Sequence record: PP882707.1
Source: Escherichia phage vB_EcoS_P1338
Length of the DNA: 41,129 bases
Strand: one strand, 5' to 3'
Positions within the stretch are counted from its first letter, which is position 1; each line of letters opens with the position of its first letter. The notes under the pieces are model-generated. The model was not told the origin of the DNA and did no database searches. It saw only the letters and a list, made by a program, of their open reading frames with translations. The translations under genes and the position numbers were made by a program. Positions 29,661 through 37,387 of the stretch are shown one piece after another.

Positions 29661-29683
29661 TCCTCCCATAGTGAGTTATATTA
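29661..29683 (-). promoter_or_regulatory. T7-type class II promoter variant upstream of gene 4
   Basis: minus strand TAATATAACTCACTATGGGAGGA. Confidence 0.65.
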
Positions 29684-29773
29684 ATCCTTACGTGTCAGAA
29701 TGTAGACCATTGCCAGCATGAACGCGAGGCGATAAATCAAATCGTACAGACCCATCTCGTGGATAATCATCAT
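29681..29773 (-). CDS. 30-aa hydrophobic peptide immediately after the lysozyme gene
   Basis: MMIIHEMGLYDLIYRLAFMLAMVYILTRKD; starts 5 nt after the gene 3.5 stop; no clear RBS; 3' end overlaps the promoter. Confidence 0.3.
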   Translation of the reverse strand: MMIIHEMGLYDLIYRLAFMLAMVYILTRKD

Positions 29774-29777
29774 AATA

Positions 29778-30233
29778 TTAACCCCAATCACTAGTTACTA
29801 ATTCACCAGTCTTCAGCCAGCGGCTCAAGTTGAATGACGGACACGCTTTAGGTGCCACATCGTGGTGCGCTTTTACTTCTGCATCTGGATACATGTCCAG
29901 CAGGTCTGCAAGTTTCTCTTTAAGAGAGTGCATCTGTGCTGGCGTAAAGTTAGCTTCGAACTTACCTTTATCATCAATGCCACCTACGAGGCATACACCG
30001 ACTGACTTACTATTCCAGTCCTTAACGTGAGACCCAACGACATCGACCGGACGGCCTTCTTCGATTGTCCCATCACGGCGAATAATGAAGTGGTAGCCTA
30101 CATCAAGCCAACCGAGTTCTTTATGCCACTGACGGATTTCACGCAGTCCAACATTCATGGACGCTTTGGTTGCGCTACAGTGGACAAAGATTGCTTCTGT
30201 CACAGCGCGTGGTTTGAATTGTACCTTACTCAT
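29778..30233 (-). CDS. gp3.5: lysozyme (N-acetylmuramoyl-L-alanine amidase; RNAP inhibitor in T7)
   Basis: 151 aa, same length as T7 gp3.5; AIFVHCSATK...VGYHFII...GVCLVGGIDDKGKF...APKACPSF. Confidence 0.95.
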   Translation of the reverse strand: MSKVQFKPRAVTEAIFVHCSATKASMNVGLREIRQWHKELGWLDVGYHFIIRRDGTIEEGRPVDVVGSHVKDWNSKSVGVCLVGGIDDKGKFEANFTPAQMHSLKEKLADLLDMYPDAEVKAHHDVAPKACPSFNLSRWLKTGELVTSDWG

Positions 30234-30676
30234 TTCTTCTTCACCTCTTTAAATTTATCGAATGGAACATCCTTAGAAGGCTCTTTCAGCCAATCAACTG
30301 GAATTAACTTGTCAGCAAACAGAATTCCGTGCTTCTCACAAAATTCTCCATAACTTGTTGGAGACCCTTTGTACAGCTTGGAGCGGCTTGAAGAGAACAC
30401 GATGCGCACATCAAGTTCAGGATGCTGTTCGCGTATCAGTAAGTGTTTCTTGCGGTCATCACTATCCCACAGGCCTTTGGTTTCCACAAAGATGCCATTA
30501 GGTAACAGGAAGTCCGGGCAATAGGTATGGTTGCTTGCAGGAATAACATAGGGTACTCGCCAACGCTCATAGTCGAACTTAATGTTCTTCCCTTCGAGTT
30601 GCTTGCTTACCTTATCCTCCAAGCCAGAGCGAAAGGCACCCACACGAGTGCCTCGACCTGCATAGCCCTTAGCCAT
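30230..30676 (-). CDS. gp3: endonuclease I (Holliday junction resolvase)
   Basis: 148 aa; VGAFRSGLEDKVSKQLE...VPYVIPASNHTY...FVETKGLW matches T7 gp3 by recollection. Confidence 0.95.
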   Translation of the reverse strand: MAKGYAGRGTRVGAFRSGLEDKVSKQLEGKNIKFDYERWRVPYVIPASNHTYCPDFLLPNGIFVETKGLWDSDDRKKHLLIREQHPELDVRIVFSSSRSKLYKGSPTSYGEFCEKHGILFADKLIPVDWLKEPSKDVPFDKFKEVKKK

Positions 30677-31377
30677 TAGAAGTCACCGTCTTCGTCTTCA
30701 TCATCCTCTTCTTCTGGTTCTTCATTCCAGCCAGAGTCGTTTTGTGGCTTGCGGGTCTGTGCTTCATCGGCTTCGTATCCATCTTCTTCGACTTCATCAC
30801 CCCAGTCATCCTCACCACCACCGAACTCGACCAGCTTAATCAGCATCACGGAATCCAGTTGCAGCTTAACGGAAGCACCTGCCACAGCAGACCAACCATA
30901 AGGGAACAGGGTGTATTTAATCTTCAGTTCAGAACCACCAGAGATAGCCGGACGCTCACCACGAATGCGCTTACCTTTGGAGTCCACAATAGCCAAGTCG
31001 ATTGGTTTGTTCTCACCAGTCTTCTTGTCAGTGAACGAGCCGTAGCACTTGAAGTTGAACGTAGTGGTTCCATCTTCGTTATCCATGAAAGGCATGTCGC
31101 CAACGTATGGCTTCAGCGGTTTCTTACCCTTGACAACTTTCGGCGGGTTAGCTTCATACTCTTCGAGACGTGCAGCATAATCCGTTTCGTGGGCTTCGAC
31201 AATCTCGTCAATCATTTTCTGACAGCGAGGGTCGTCGTTGGATACAGTAAGTGACACTTTGTAGACACCACGTTCGTTCTTGAAGTCACCGCTACCGAAG
31301 TCTGGTTTAGCCAGATAACAGTAAGGTTCAGCAACGCCACGAGCGGAAGTGAATACTTTACGTTTATTGAAAGCCAT
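30676..31377 (-). CDS. gp2.5: single-stranded DNA-binding protein
   Basis: 233 aa; AEPYCYLAKPD...KDPRCQKMIDEIV...GGGEDDW and acidic tail ending DEDGDF as in T7 gp2.5. Confidence 0.95.
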   Translation of the reverse strand: MAFNKRKVFTSARGVAEPYCYLAKPDFGSGDFKNERGVYKVSLTVSNDDPRCQKMIDEIVEAHETDYAARLEEYEANPPKVVKGKKPLKPYVGDMPFMDNEDGTTTFNFKCYGSFTDKKTGENKPIDLAIVDSKGKRIRGERPAISGGSELKIKYTLFPYGWSAVAGASVKLQLDSVMLIKLVEFGGGEDDWGDEVEEDGYEADEAQTRKPQNDSGWNEEPEEEDDEDEDGDF

Positions 31378-31388
31378 GATGTTTCTCC

Positions 31389-31565
31389 TTATGAGTTTTT
31401 GAGAAGGTCTTGAAGATAATCTTCAGTTGCATAATACAGGAAAGAGAAGTGAAGCCGCTTTGCGGCTGCCCGTGAGCAATTAGCATTCTTAGCTATCTCA
31501 TCAAACTGACGAGTGCGCAGTGCGTTATTCACGATTGCTTCTCGAATGATTTTGATAAGGGACAT
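31389..31565 (-). CDS. hypothetical 58-aa protein between the phi2.5-type promoter and SSB (no T7 counterpart recalled)
   Basis: internal ATG of track ORF 31389..31694 with AAAGGAGG RBS; stop TAA lies inside the SSB RBS; predicted helical; MSLIKIIREAIVNNALRTRQFDEIAKNANC... Confidence 0.6.
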   Translation of the reverse strand: MSLIKIIREAIVNNALRTRQFDEIAKNANCSRAAAKRLHFSFLYYATEDYLQDLLKNS

Positions 31566-31613
31566 AGAGTCCTCCTTTAGTTTCTGAAAGTTAAAAGTGG
31601 GGAAACGATGTGT

Positions 31614-31636
31614 CTCCCCAATAGTGAGTCCTATTA
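31614..31636 (-). promoter_or_regulatory. T7-type promoter upstream of the SSB operon (phi2.5-like)
   Basis: minus strand TAATAGGACTCACTATTGGGGAG; first three bases are the gene 2 stop codon. Confidence 0.75.
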
Positions 31637-31825
31637 AACCTTTCGGTCTGGACGGATACGTGTCACTGCGAAGCCAGCCGGGACGTATTGCCACTCAGCT
31701 AACTCGTTGGCCTCTTCAAGAGACACAGCGAACACAGGGACTTCGAACGATTGGCCTTGGCCTTCTACCGTTGCGAAGAACTTCTTGTCACCGTTGACCA
31801 GTGACCCTTTGTTTAAGTTGCTCAT
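31634..31825 (-). CDS. gp2: inhibitor of host RNA polymerase
   Basis: track ORF 31634..31843 trimmed to the ATG with GGGAGAGG RBS; KKFFATVEG...SFEVP...[12 protein letters not shown] matches remembered T7 gp2. Confidence 0.85.
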   Translation of the reverse strand: MSNLNKGSLVNGDKKFFATVEGQGQSFEVPVFAVSLEEANELAEWQYVPAGFAVTRIRPDRKV

Positions 31826-31903
31826 TGTCCTCTCCCTTTCCACAGGTTGTACATTTCGAGATAGTCAGTATTACCAGTCTCGTTAAATTTTCTCTCACAC
31901 CAC

Positions 31904-32155
31904 TCACTCGGTTTTAAGATGGTCTTTGGATTTAGGCGCTTCATTAGCTTCCTCCAATCTCTTCAAGTACCACTGAGCCTTCTTCAAGTCCTCAGTAGGG
32001 TTAAACTTCTTCTCGTAACGCCACATGTATTTCAGTACATTACCTTTAAGGAATCCTTTAAACGCCTCTTCTGTCATTGACGCACGAATTGCGTCGAGAC
32101 ATTCAATTCCACCAGACGTGTAGTGTGTGGGTTGGTTTACCATATCTTTGCTCAT
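31904..32155 (-). CDS. short homolog of the C-terminal domain of T7 gp1.7 (nucleotide kinase in T7)
   Basis: track ORF 31904..32182 trimmed to the ATG with AAGGAGG RBS; THYTSGGIECLDAIRASMTEEAFKGFLKGNVLKY aligns with the remembered C-terminal part of T7 gp1.7; N-terminal domain absent. Confidence 0.6.
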   Translation of the reverse strand: MSKDMVNQPTHYTSGGIECLDAIRASMTEEAFKGFLKGNVLKYMWRYEKKFNPTEDLKKAQWYLKRLEEANEAPKSKDHLKTE

Positions 32156-32156
32156 A

Positions 32157-32420
32157 TTAGAACACCTCCTTGATACGCGCAATGACCAGACGGACTTTAG
32201 GGAAACGGGTGACGAGAACCGGAATGAAAGGCCGGGAGCCAGTGGTCGCTTCTTTATATAAGCCAGTCGTAATCACAGCGTGAACACGGGGTGCTAACTC
32301 AATGGTAGAGCCAAGCACTTTAGGGATGACTGCATGTTTCTCAGAGGCCAGAACCGTCGAGCGGTCAGCACCACGAGCCGAAAAGATACCATTAGATTTA
32401 TTGAAGTGAAGTCTTAACAT
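32157..32420 (-). CDS. gp1.6: small protein at the T7 gene 1.6 position
   Basis: track ORF 32157..32435 trimmed to the ATG with GGAGG RBS; MLRLHFNKSNGIFSARGADRSTV resembles remembered T7 gp1.6. Confidence 0.65.
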   Translation of the reverse strand: MLRLHFNKSNGIFSARGADRSTVLASEKHAVIPKVLGSTIELAPRVHAVITTGLYKEATTGSRPFIPVLVTRFPKVRLVIARIKEVF

Positions 32421-32427
32421 TTGTGTG

Positions 32428-32450
32428 TCCTCCATAGGTGAGTCGTATTA
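32428..32450 (-). promoter_or_regulatory. T7-type class II promoter variant (phi1.6-like)
   Basis: minus strand TAATACGACTCACCTATGGAGGA. Confidence 0.6.
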
Positions 32451-32528
32451 GCAATCAGGCCAGCAGTTGTCGTCAATGATAACGAGAGCAAAGGTGGCAG
32501 CAATGATAGCGACGATTAGAAATAGCAT
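32448..32528 (-). CDS. 26-aa hydrophobic peptide at the T7 gene 1.5 position
   Basis: MLFLIVAIIAATFALVIIDDNCWPDC; GGAGG RBS; found by hand between two promoters. Confidence 0.45.
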   Translation of the reverse strand: MLFLIVAIIAATFALVIIDDNCWPDC

Positions 32529-32535
32529 GAGGTTG

Positions 32536-32558
32536 TTCCTCCATAGTGAGTCGTATAG
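32536..32558 (-). promoter_or_regulatory. T7-type class II promoter variant (phi1.5-like)
   Basis: minus strand CTATACGACTCACTATGGAGGAA. Confidence 0.6.
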
Positions 32559-32561
32559 AAA

Positions 32562-32594
32562 CGCAAAAAGGCCAGCCCCGTTAAGGACTGACCA
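32562..32594 (-). terminator. intrinsic terminator (TE-like early terminator)
   Basis: minus strand GGTCAGTCC-TTAACG-GGGCTGGCC followed by TTTTTGCGTTT; 9-bp stem with G-U pairs plus U-tract. Confidence 0.6.
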
Positions 32595-32602
32595 TTAATT
32601 AC

Positions 32603-33097
32603 TTATAGCTCCAATAGAAGTTTGTTGCGCGCTGCTACAGCCTCGTCAAGTGACTTATGATATGAAACATAACGTCTGCCAAACTTCCTAATTGAGACGG
32701 TGTAGAGGTTCCTATCCTGTCTCTTGTTTATATGCTTAAGTCCCAGCTTGTTAGTACAGTAGGTACCTTTGTTCTGGTTATTCTCAGCACTTGTTACCAC
32801 TCTAAGATTCTCTATAAGGTTGTTCTGCTTGTTCCTGTCAATATGGTCTACCTGTAAACCATCTGGTATAGGTCCATTGGTCAGTTCCCACACTACTCGA
32901 TGGACTCTCAAGTGATGGGCCTTTCCTTCCACTCTGACAGTCAAAGTCCAATATCCAGTTTTCTTTAGAGAACCAACAGGCTTACCATCTAGGCGAGAGA
33001 GGCCACTAGGAGCCTCCCTGTTAACCTTAAATCTTTTCGCTACGATTTCCCTCAACCCCTCTGAAGCAGGTGAAGGAGGGATGTCTAAGGCTCCCAT
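32603..33097 (-). CDS. HNH endonuclease with C-terminal AP2-like DNA-binding domain
   Basis: 164 aa; GGAGG RBS; HHLRVHRVVWE...VDHIDRNKQNNLIENLRVVTSAENNQNK (HNH) followed by YTVSIRKFGRRYVSYHKSLDEAVAARNK (AP2-like); start overlaps the last ~70 nt of the ligase gene. Confidence 0.85.
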   Translation of the reverse strand: MGALDIPPSPASEGLREIVAKRFKVNREAPSGLSRLDGKPVGSLKKTGYWTLTVRVEGKAHHLRVHRVVWELTNGPIPDGLQVDHIDRNKQNNLIENLRVVTSAENNQNKGTYCTNKLGLKHINKRQDRNLYTVSIRKFGRRYVSYHKSLDEAVAARNKLLLEL

Positions 33098-34061
33098 CTT
33101 TTGTTTCCTCCATGTAGTTTACTTGGCACTGCCAGCCCTCATAAGGATTGACCCCACCGAGGATATATGTGTCAGTGTTACAGGCTTCCGTGAACTCATC
33201 CATCAACGCTTGGCTGATATTGTTAGCGGAGACTACGCGACCGGACTCTAAGAGAACCTCGAAGCCAATCACTTTGCCTTCATTAGCGAGACCTTTAGTC
33301 CCCCAATTGAGTCCAACGATAATACCGTCAGCTTCATTCTCAGGCTTCATCTTCCACCAGCCAGACTTCTTGCCACGCTTGTAGACTTCCAGCGGGTCTT
33401 TGACGACCAGACCTTCATGACCATCGGCACGGGCTTTCTCGTAGAGTTCCTGAAGTTCTACCATGTCGTAGACTTCCTTGGCTTCAGAGAGTTCCCAAGT
33501 GATTTCCGGGAAGTGTTCACTAAGAACCGGAATGAGGGAACGCACATGCTCTTGCATCAGGAGGGACATAACGCCATACTCTTTGCCTTCTACCATATCG
33601 TGATACGGCATAGCAGCATACAGAACAACCTTAAGTTTCTTAGGGTCTAAGCGGAAGTCTACTTTACTCCCCTTGAGAGGCTCTACTCCACCAATATCAA
33701 ATCCACAATTTGTCTTCTTGAGCCACTTGGTACGCAGTAGGCCAGACCCTGTGTTGAAGTCTACGCCTTTGACCATCAGTTCACCATCCAGCATGAAGCC
33801 ATCAGGGAAAATCCAGCGGTCATCTTTGAGAACATTAGCCCAGCGTTGGTCGAACCCATTAAGGTGCTCAAGCGCGGGGATGGTCTTAGAGACACGGGAC
33901 AGCCACAGGCAGTCAGCCGTATTGTCAACCACGATGTTACCACGCACACCATCATGCTTAGTGTCAGCAATCAGGTAGCCAGCTTTGTCGAGTGCTTTCT
34001 TAATGGCAGACTCAACGTAGGATACAGCTTTAAAAGGGTTAGTCTTGAATGTGATTTCCAT
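33027..34061 (-). CDS. gp1.3: ATP-dependent DNA ligase
   Basis: 344 aa; adenylation motif KHDGVRG; TNPFKAVSYVESAIKKALDKAGYLIA...HEGLVVKDP...GKKSGWWKMKPENEADG matches T7 ligase by recollection. Confidence 0.95.
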   Translation of the reverse strand: MEITFKTNPFKAVSYVESAIKKALDKAGYLIADTKHDGVRGNIVVDNTADCLWLSRVSKTIPALEHLNGFDQRWANVLKDDRWIFPDGFMLDGELMVKGVDFNTGSGLLRTKWLKKTNCGFDIGGVEPLKGSKVDFRLDPKKLKVVLYAAMPYHDMVEGKEYGVMSLLMQEHVRSLIPVLSEHFPEITWELSEAKEVYDMVELQELYEKARADGHEGLVVKDPLEVYKRGKKSGWWKMKPENEADGIIVGLNWGTKGLANEGKVIGFEVLLESGRVVSANNISQALMDEFTEACNTDTYILGGVNPYEGWQCQVNYMEETKDGSLRHPSFTCFRGVEGNRSEKI

Positions 34062-34100
34062 GATGGAACTCCTTTAGTGTGTGTCGGTTATTAAGTAATC

Positions 34101-34150
34101 AAAAGTTAATCACAAAGGCCACCATTAAGATGACCTTTAGTTTAACTCTT
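34101..34150 (-). promoter_or_regulatory. conserved 50-nt hairpin element in the ligase leader, candidate RNase III site (R1.3-like); copy 2 of the 50-bp repeat
   Basis: aaaagttaatcacaaaggccaccattaagatgacctttagtttaactctt, 49/50 identical to 27151..27200. Confidence 0.55.
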
Positions 34151-34171
34151 TCGCAATAGTGAGTCGTATTA
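34149..34171 (-). promoter_or_regulatory. T7-type promoter upstream of the ligase gene (phi1.3-like)
   Basis: minus strand TAATACGACTCACTATTGCGAAA; overlaps the gene 1.2 stop. Confidence 0.75.
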
Positions 34172-34441
34172 CTTCCAGTGCTTCATATCACTGTGAACCT
34201 TGCGGAGCCATTCAGTCTGTGCATTACAGCGAACGTCTTCGTCTGACTGTTCGAAACACTTAGCGGTCAGCATTAAGCCATTCCGTAAGACCACTCGAAG
34301 TGTCTCTCCTGCGACCATTCGTCGCTGTGCGAAGTCCTCATAACGATAAGTCTCAACGACCACATTTGCATCGTGGTCTTCTTTAAGTCTCTCGATAGCG
34401 TCTTTGTATGCCATTAAGTTACCACTGTATAAGCGACCCAT
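34169..34441 (-). CDS. gp1.2: small protein at the T7 gene 1.2 position (dGTPase inhibitor in T7)
   Basis: 90 aa; MGRLYSGNL N-terminus and C-terminal WK as in remembered T7 gp1.2. Confidence 0.85.
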   Translation of the reverse strand: MGRLYSGNLMAYKDAIERLKEDHDANVVVETYRYEDFAQRRMVAGETLRVVLRNGLMLTAKCFEQSDEDVRCNAQTEWLRKVHSDMKHWK

Positions 34442-34572
34442 TAGAGTGCCTCCTTCCAGCAGCGTTTATGTGCACGTGTTCGTAATGGTTTATTAAACTT
34501 GCGACCCTTAGTTGCCTCGAAGTCATGAGCGTTACGGTTGGAACGTTTGGTCATCTTTTCTAAGTTACGCAT
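34441..34572 (-). CDS. gp1.1: small basic protein at the T7 gene 1.1 position
   Basis: 43-codon ORF found by hand: MRNLEKMTKRSNRNAHDFEATKGRKFNKPLRTRAHKRCWKEAL, near-identical to remembered T7 gp1.1; stop overlaps the gene 1.2 ATG (TAATG). Confidence 0.8.
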   Translation of the reverse strand: MRNLEKMTKRSNRNAHDFEATKGRKFNKPLRTRAHKRCWKEAL

Positions 34573-34632
34573 AATGTTGTTTCCTCTTAGAGTTAGAACT
34601 TAAAGTTATCTTAAAGTTTAGGAAGCCCATAG

Positions 34633-34655
34633 GCTCCCAATAGTGAGTCGTATTA
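34633..34655 (-). promoter_or_regulatory. T7-type promoter just downstream of the RNAP gene (phi1.1-like)
   Basis: minus strand TAATACGACTCACTATTGGGAGC. Confidence 0.8.
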
Positions 34656-34662
34656 GATTTCG

Positions 34663-37314
34663 TTAGGCAAACGCAAAGTCTGACTTCAGGATTTCTTGGA
34701 GGTCGAGAGAGCCTTTAGCTGGCATCTCAGGCATCTTGTCTAACTGTGATTCGTGTAACTGCTCGGCGAATTGCTCATAGAAGTCTGCAAGTACATCGTT
34801 CTCTTCGTAAGTGTTGACCATCGTTTCACGCACTGCTTTAAACAGGTTGCCAGCATCAGCAGGGATAGTACCAAAGGAGTCATGAATCAGTGCAAAGGAT
34901 TCCACACCGTAGACCTCATTGGAGCGGACCACAGTCATGCGCAGGTGGCTACCATCCATTGAGTGAACAAAGTTAGGTGCGATGCCTGACTCCTGTTTAC
35001 GAGCATCAATCCCGCTATCCTTGTTGGTGTTCACGGTAGGCTGTAGACGAATCTGGCCTAAGAACATTAGGTTCAAGCGGGTCTGTACTGGCTTCTTGTA
35101 TTCCTGCCAGACCGGGAAGCCATCAGGAGTTACCCAATGTACTGCGCAACGCTTGCGAAGAACCTCTTTGGTCTTCTTGTCCTTGACTTCAGCAGCTAGG
35201 AGTTTAGCCGCAGACTTCAGCCAGTTCATTGCTTCAACAGCAGCGACCACAGTCACTGTTACCGATTCCCAAATCAGTTTAGCCATATAGCCAGCCGCTT
35301 GGTTCGGTTGAGTGAACATCAAGCCTTTACCATCGTCGATAGCTGGCTGAATGGTGTCCTCTAGCACTTGGTCACGGAAGCCGTACTCCTTGGACCCGTA
35401 AGCCAACGTCATGACCGAACGCTTAGTGACCTTGCGAGTCACACCATATGCCAACCATTGACCCGCTAACTCTTTCGTTCCCAGCTTGAGCTTCTCAGTG
35501 ATTTCACCAGTGTCCTTGTTTGTCACTGTTTCCACTTCGTTATCAGTGCCGTTGATTACCGCTCCGCGGAGCATCTCGTTAACACGGTCAGCAACAATGC
35601 GATAGATGTCTTGGACTTCCTTGCTTGGCAACAGGTTAACCGCACGACCACCTACTTCATCACGAAGCATCGCGGAGAAGTGCTGAATACCAGAGCAGCT
35701 ACCATCGAACGCCAGCGGCAGAGAGCAGTTGTAGTTCATGCCGTGGTGTTGAACTCCAGCATACTCGAAGCAGAACGCGAGGAAGCAGAACGGAGAGTCC
35801 TGTTCGGCCCACCAAGTGTTGGCAATCGGGTCAGCCGCAACGCTCATTATGTTCTCATGGTTGTCCTCAATGAACTTAATGCGTTCTGCGAAGTCCACCT
35901 TGTCCACACCAGCAGTGTTAGCACCATGAATCTTCAGCCAGTAGTACCCATCGACACCAATCGGTTTACCTTTAGCGAGCGTCAGCAAGCCTTTGGTCAT
36001 GTCGTTGCCTTGCGGGTTAAACATTGGAACTGCATACACTCGACCGCGCCAGTCCATGTTCATCGGGAACCAGATAGCTTTAAACTGTGCGAACTTATTG
36101 GCTTGCCCTAACATGAACTCCATGCTCATGCGACGAGACACGCGAGCCTTCTCTTTGCGGTAGATTGCGGAGGCCGCTTTCTTCCACGCTTTGAGTGATG
36201 CCTCGTTCGTGTCGATGTCTTCAGGTTTGACAGGCAGTTCACCACGTTCGAGAGCAGGTACATCGTCAACCGGGCAATGCTTCCAGTTCACAATCTCGTT
36301 GACCACTGCCAGAACCTTCTTGTTAATCTTCCAAGGAGTATTCTGTGCGATGTTCACCGCCTTGTAAACTTCAGGCATGTACACGTCGTTGTAACGCTCA
36401 AGTCCCTTCTTGGAACCAGTACGAACCAGAGAGAGCGGCTTGCGACCAGCAGCCCAATAGCCACCACCAACCGGACTCGTCCAAGGCTTCGGGGGGACCA
36501 CGCAAGGTTGATACATCGGAGCGATTGCAGCCAGTGCACCAGCACGCTTAGATAACAGGTCAACGTATTGTTCGGTCAGTTGGATGTACTCGCCATCCTT
36601 CTCAACGTTACCAGCAAACGGTCGGTGTAACTCAACGAGACCAGTAGACCCAATGAGCAGTTCCAACATGCGTACACCAACATGAATTGACTCTTCAGGT
36701 GTCCATGTGGTCCACTTGGTTTGCAGTTGACCAGCATCTAACATCTTACCTTCAACCGCTTGCATGAATGCCTTCTTGTAGACGATACCTACGCGCTTGT
36801 TGAGTGCTTCCTGTACATGGTTCTTAAAGTGCTTCGCTTCTTCGTCACGGATGCGACCAAAACGTAGCTCATCTTCAATACTGCGACCAATCTTAGTGGC
36901 GACCGATTGAAGGTTCGTGTATTCCTCTTTGGTCAAGCAAGCCAGTGTGACCTTCAGTGTGATGAATGCAGCAGCTTCAGGTGCAACCTTCTGTACCAAA
37001 TTGTAGGCCACTGGACGCTTGCCACGCTTAGCTTCCACTTCGGTGAACCAAGTGTTCCATGCTTCAATGAACTTAGGTGCGAGAGATGACAGGAGCGGTT
37101 TAGCCACTGCGTTATCACCGAACTCACCCGCTTTGATTTGACGTTCCATTGCCTTAAGGAAACGCTTCTCGCCTTCAGTGTGCGCTTCGTGTTCTAACTC
37201 AAGCTGCGTAGCTGCAAGCTGTGCGCCGTAATGGTCAGCCAGAATGTTGTACGGCTGAATTGCGTTAGCGATGTCAGAAAAGTCATTCTTTGGTGCATTG
37301 ATTACGTTAGTCAT
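34663..37314 (-). CDS. gp1: DNA-directed RNA polymerase (single-subunit, T7 RNAP type)
   Basis: 883 aa, same length as T7 RNAP and collinear throughout; palm and specificity-loop blocks conserved (NTNKDSGIDARKQESGIAPNFVHS, ALIHDSFGT, ending SDFAFA). Confidence 0.99.
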   Translation of the reverse strand: MTNVINAPKNDFSDIANAIQPYNILADHYGAQLAATQLELEHEAHTEGEKRFLKAMERQIKAGEFGDNAVAKPLLSSLAPKFIEAWNTWFTEVEAKRGKRPVAYNLVQKVAPEAAAFITLKVTLACLTKEEYTNLQSVATKIGRSIEDELRFGRIRDEEAKHFKNHVQEALNKRVGIVYKKAFMQAVEGKMLDAGQLQTKWTTWTPEESIHVGVRMLELLIGSTGLVELHRPFAGNVEKDGEYIQLTEQYVDLLSKRAGALAAIAPMYQPCVVPPKPWTSPVGGGYWAAGRKPLSLVRTGSKKGLERYNDVYMPEVYKAVNIAQNTPWKINKKVLAVVNEIVNWKHCPVDDVPALERGELPVKPEDIDTNEASLKAWKKAASAIYRKEKARVSRRMSMEFMLGQANKFAQFKAIWFPMNMDWRGRVYAVPMFNPQGNDMTKGLLTLAKGKPIGVDGYYWLKIHGANTAGVDKVDFAERIKFIEDNHENIMSVAADPIANTWWAEQDSPFCFLAFCFEYAGVQHHGMNYNCSLPLAFDGSCSGIQHFSAMLRDEVGGRAVNLLPSKEVQDIYRIVADRVNEMLRGAVINGTDNEVETVTNKDTGEITEKLKLGTKELAGQWLAYGVTRKVTKRSVMTLAYGSKEYGFRDQVLEDTIQPAIDDGKGLMFTQPNQAAGYMAKLIWESVTVTVVAAVEAMNWLKSAAKLLAAEVKDKKTKEVLRKRCAVHWVTPDGFPVWQEYKKPVQTRLNLMFLGQIRLQPTVNTNKDSGIDARKQESGIAPNFVHSMDGSHLRMTVVRSNEVYGVESFALIHDSFGTIPADAGNLFKAVRETMVNTYEENDVLADFYEQFAEQLHESQLDKMPEMPAKGSLDLQEILKSDFAFA

Positions 37315-37344
37315 TGTTGCCTCACGTTGTTAAGAAAGTTTATC

Positions 37345-37378
37345 TATAAAGGCCAGCAGTCAGTGCCGACCTTGAAGA
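37345..37378 (-). promoter_or_regulatory. hairpin between gene 0.7 and gene 1, candidate RNase III site (R1-like)
   Basis: minus strand AAGGTCGGCA-CTGAC-TGCTGGCCTT, ~10-bp stem with two G-U pairs. Confidence 0.4.
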
Positions 37379-37387
37379 TACACCTTA

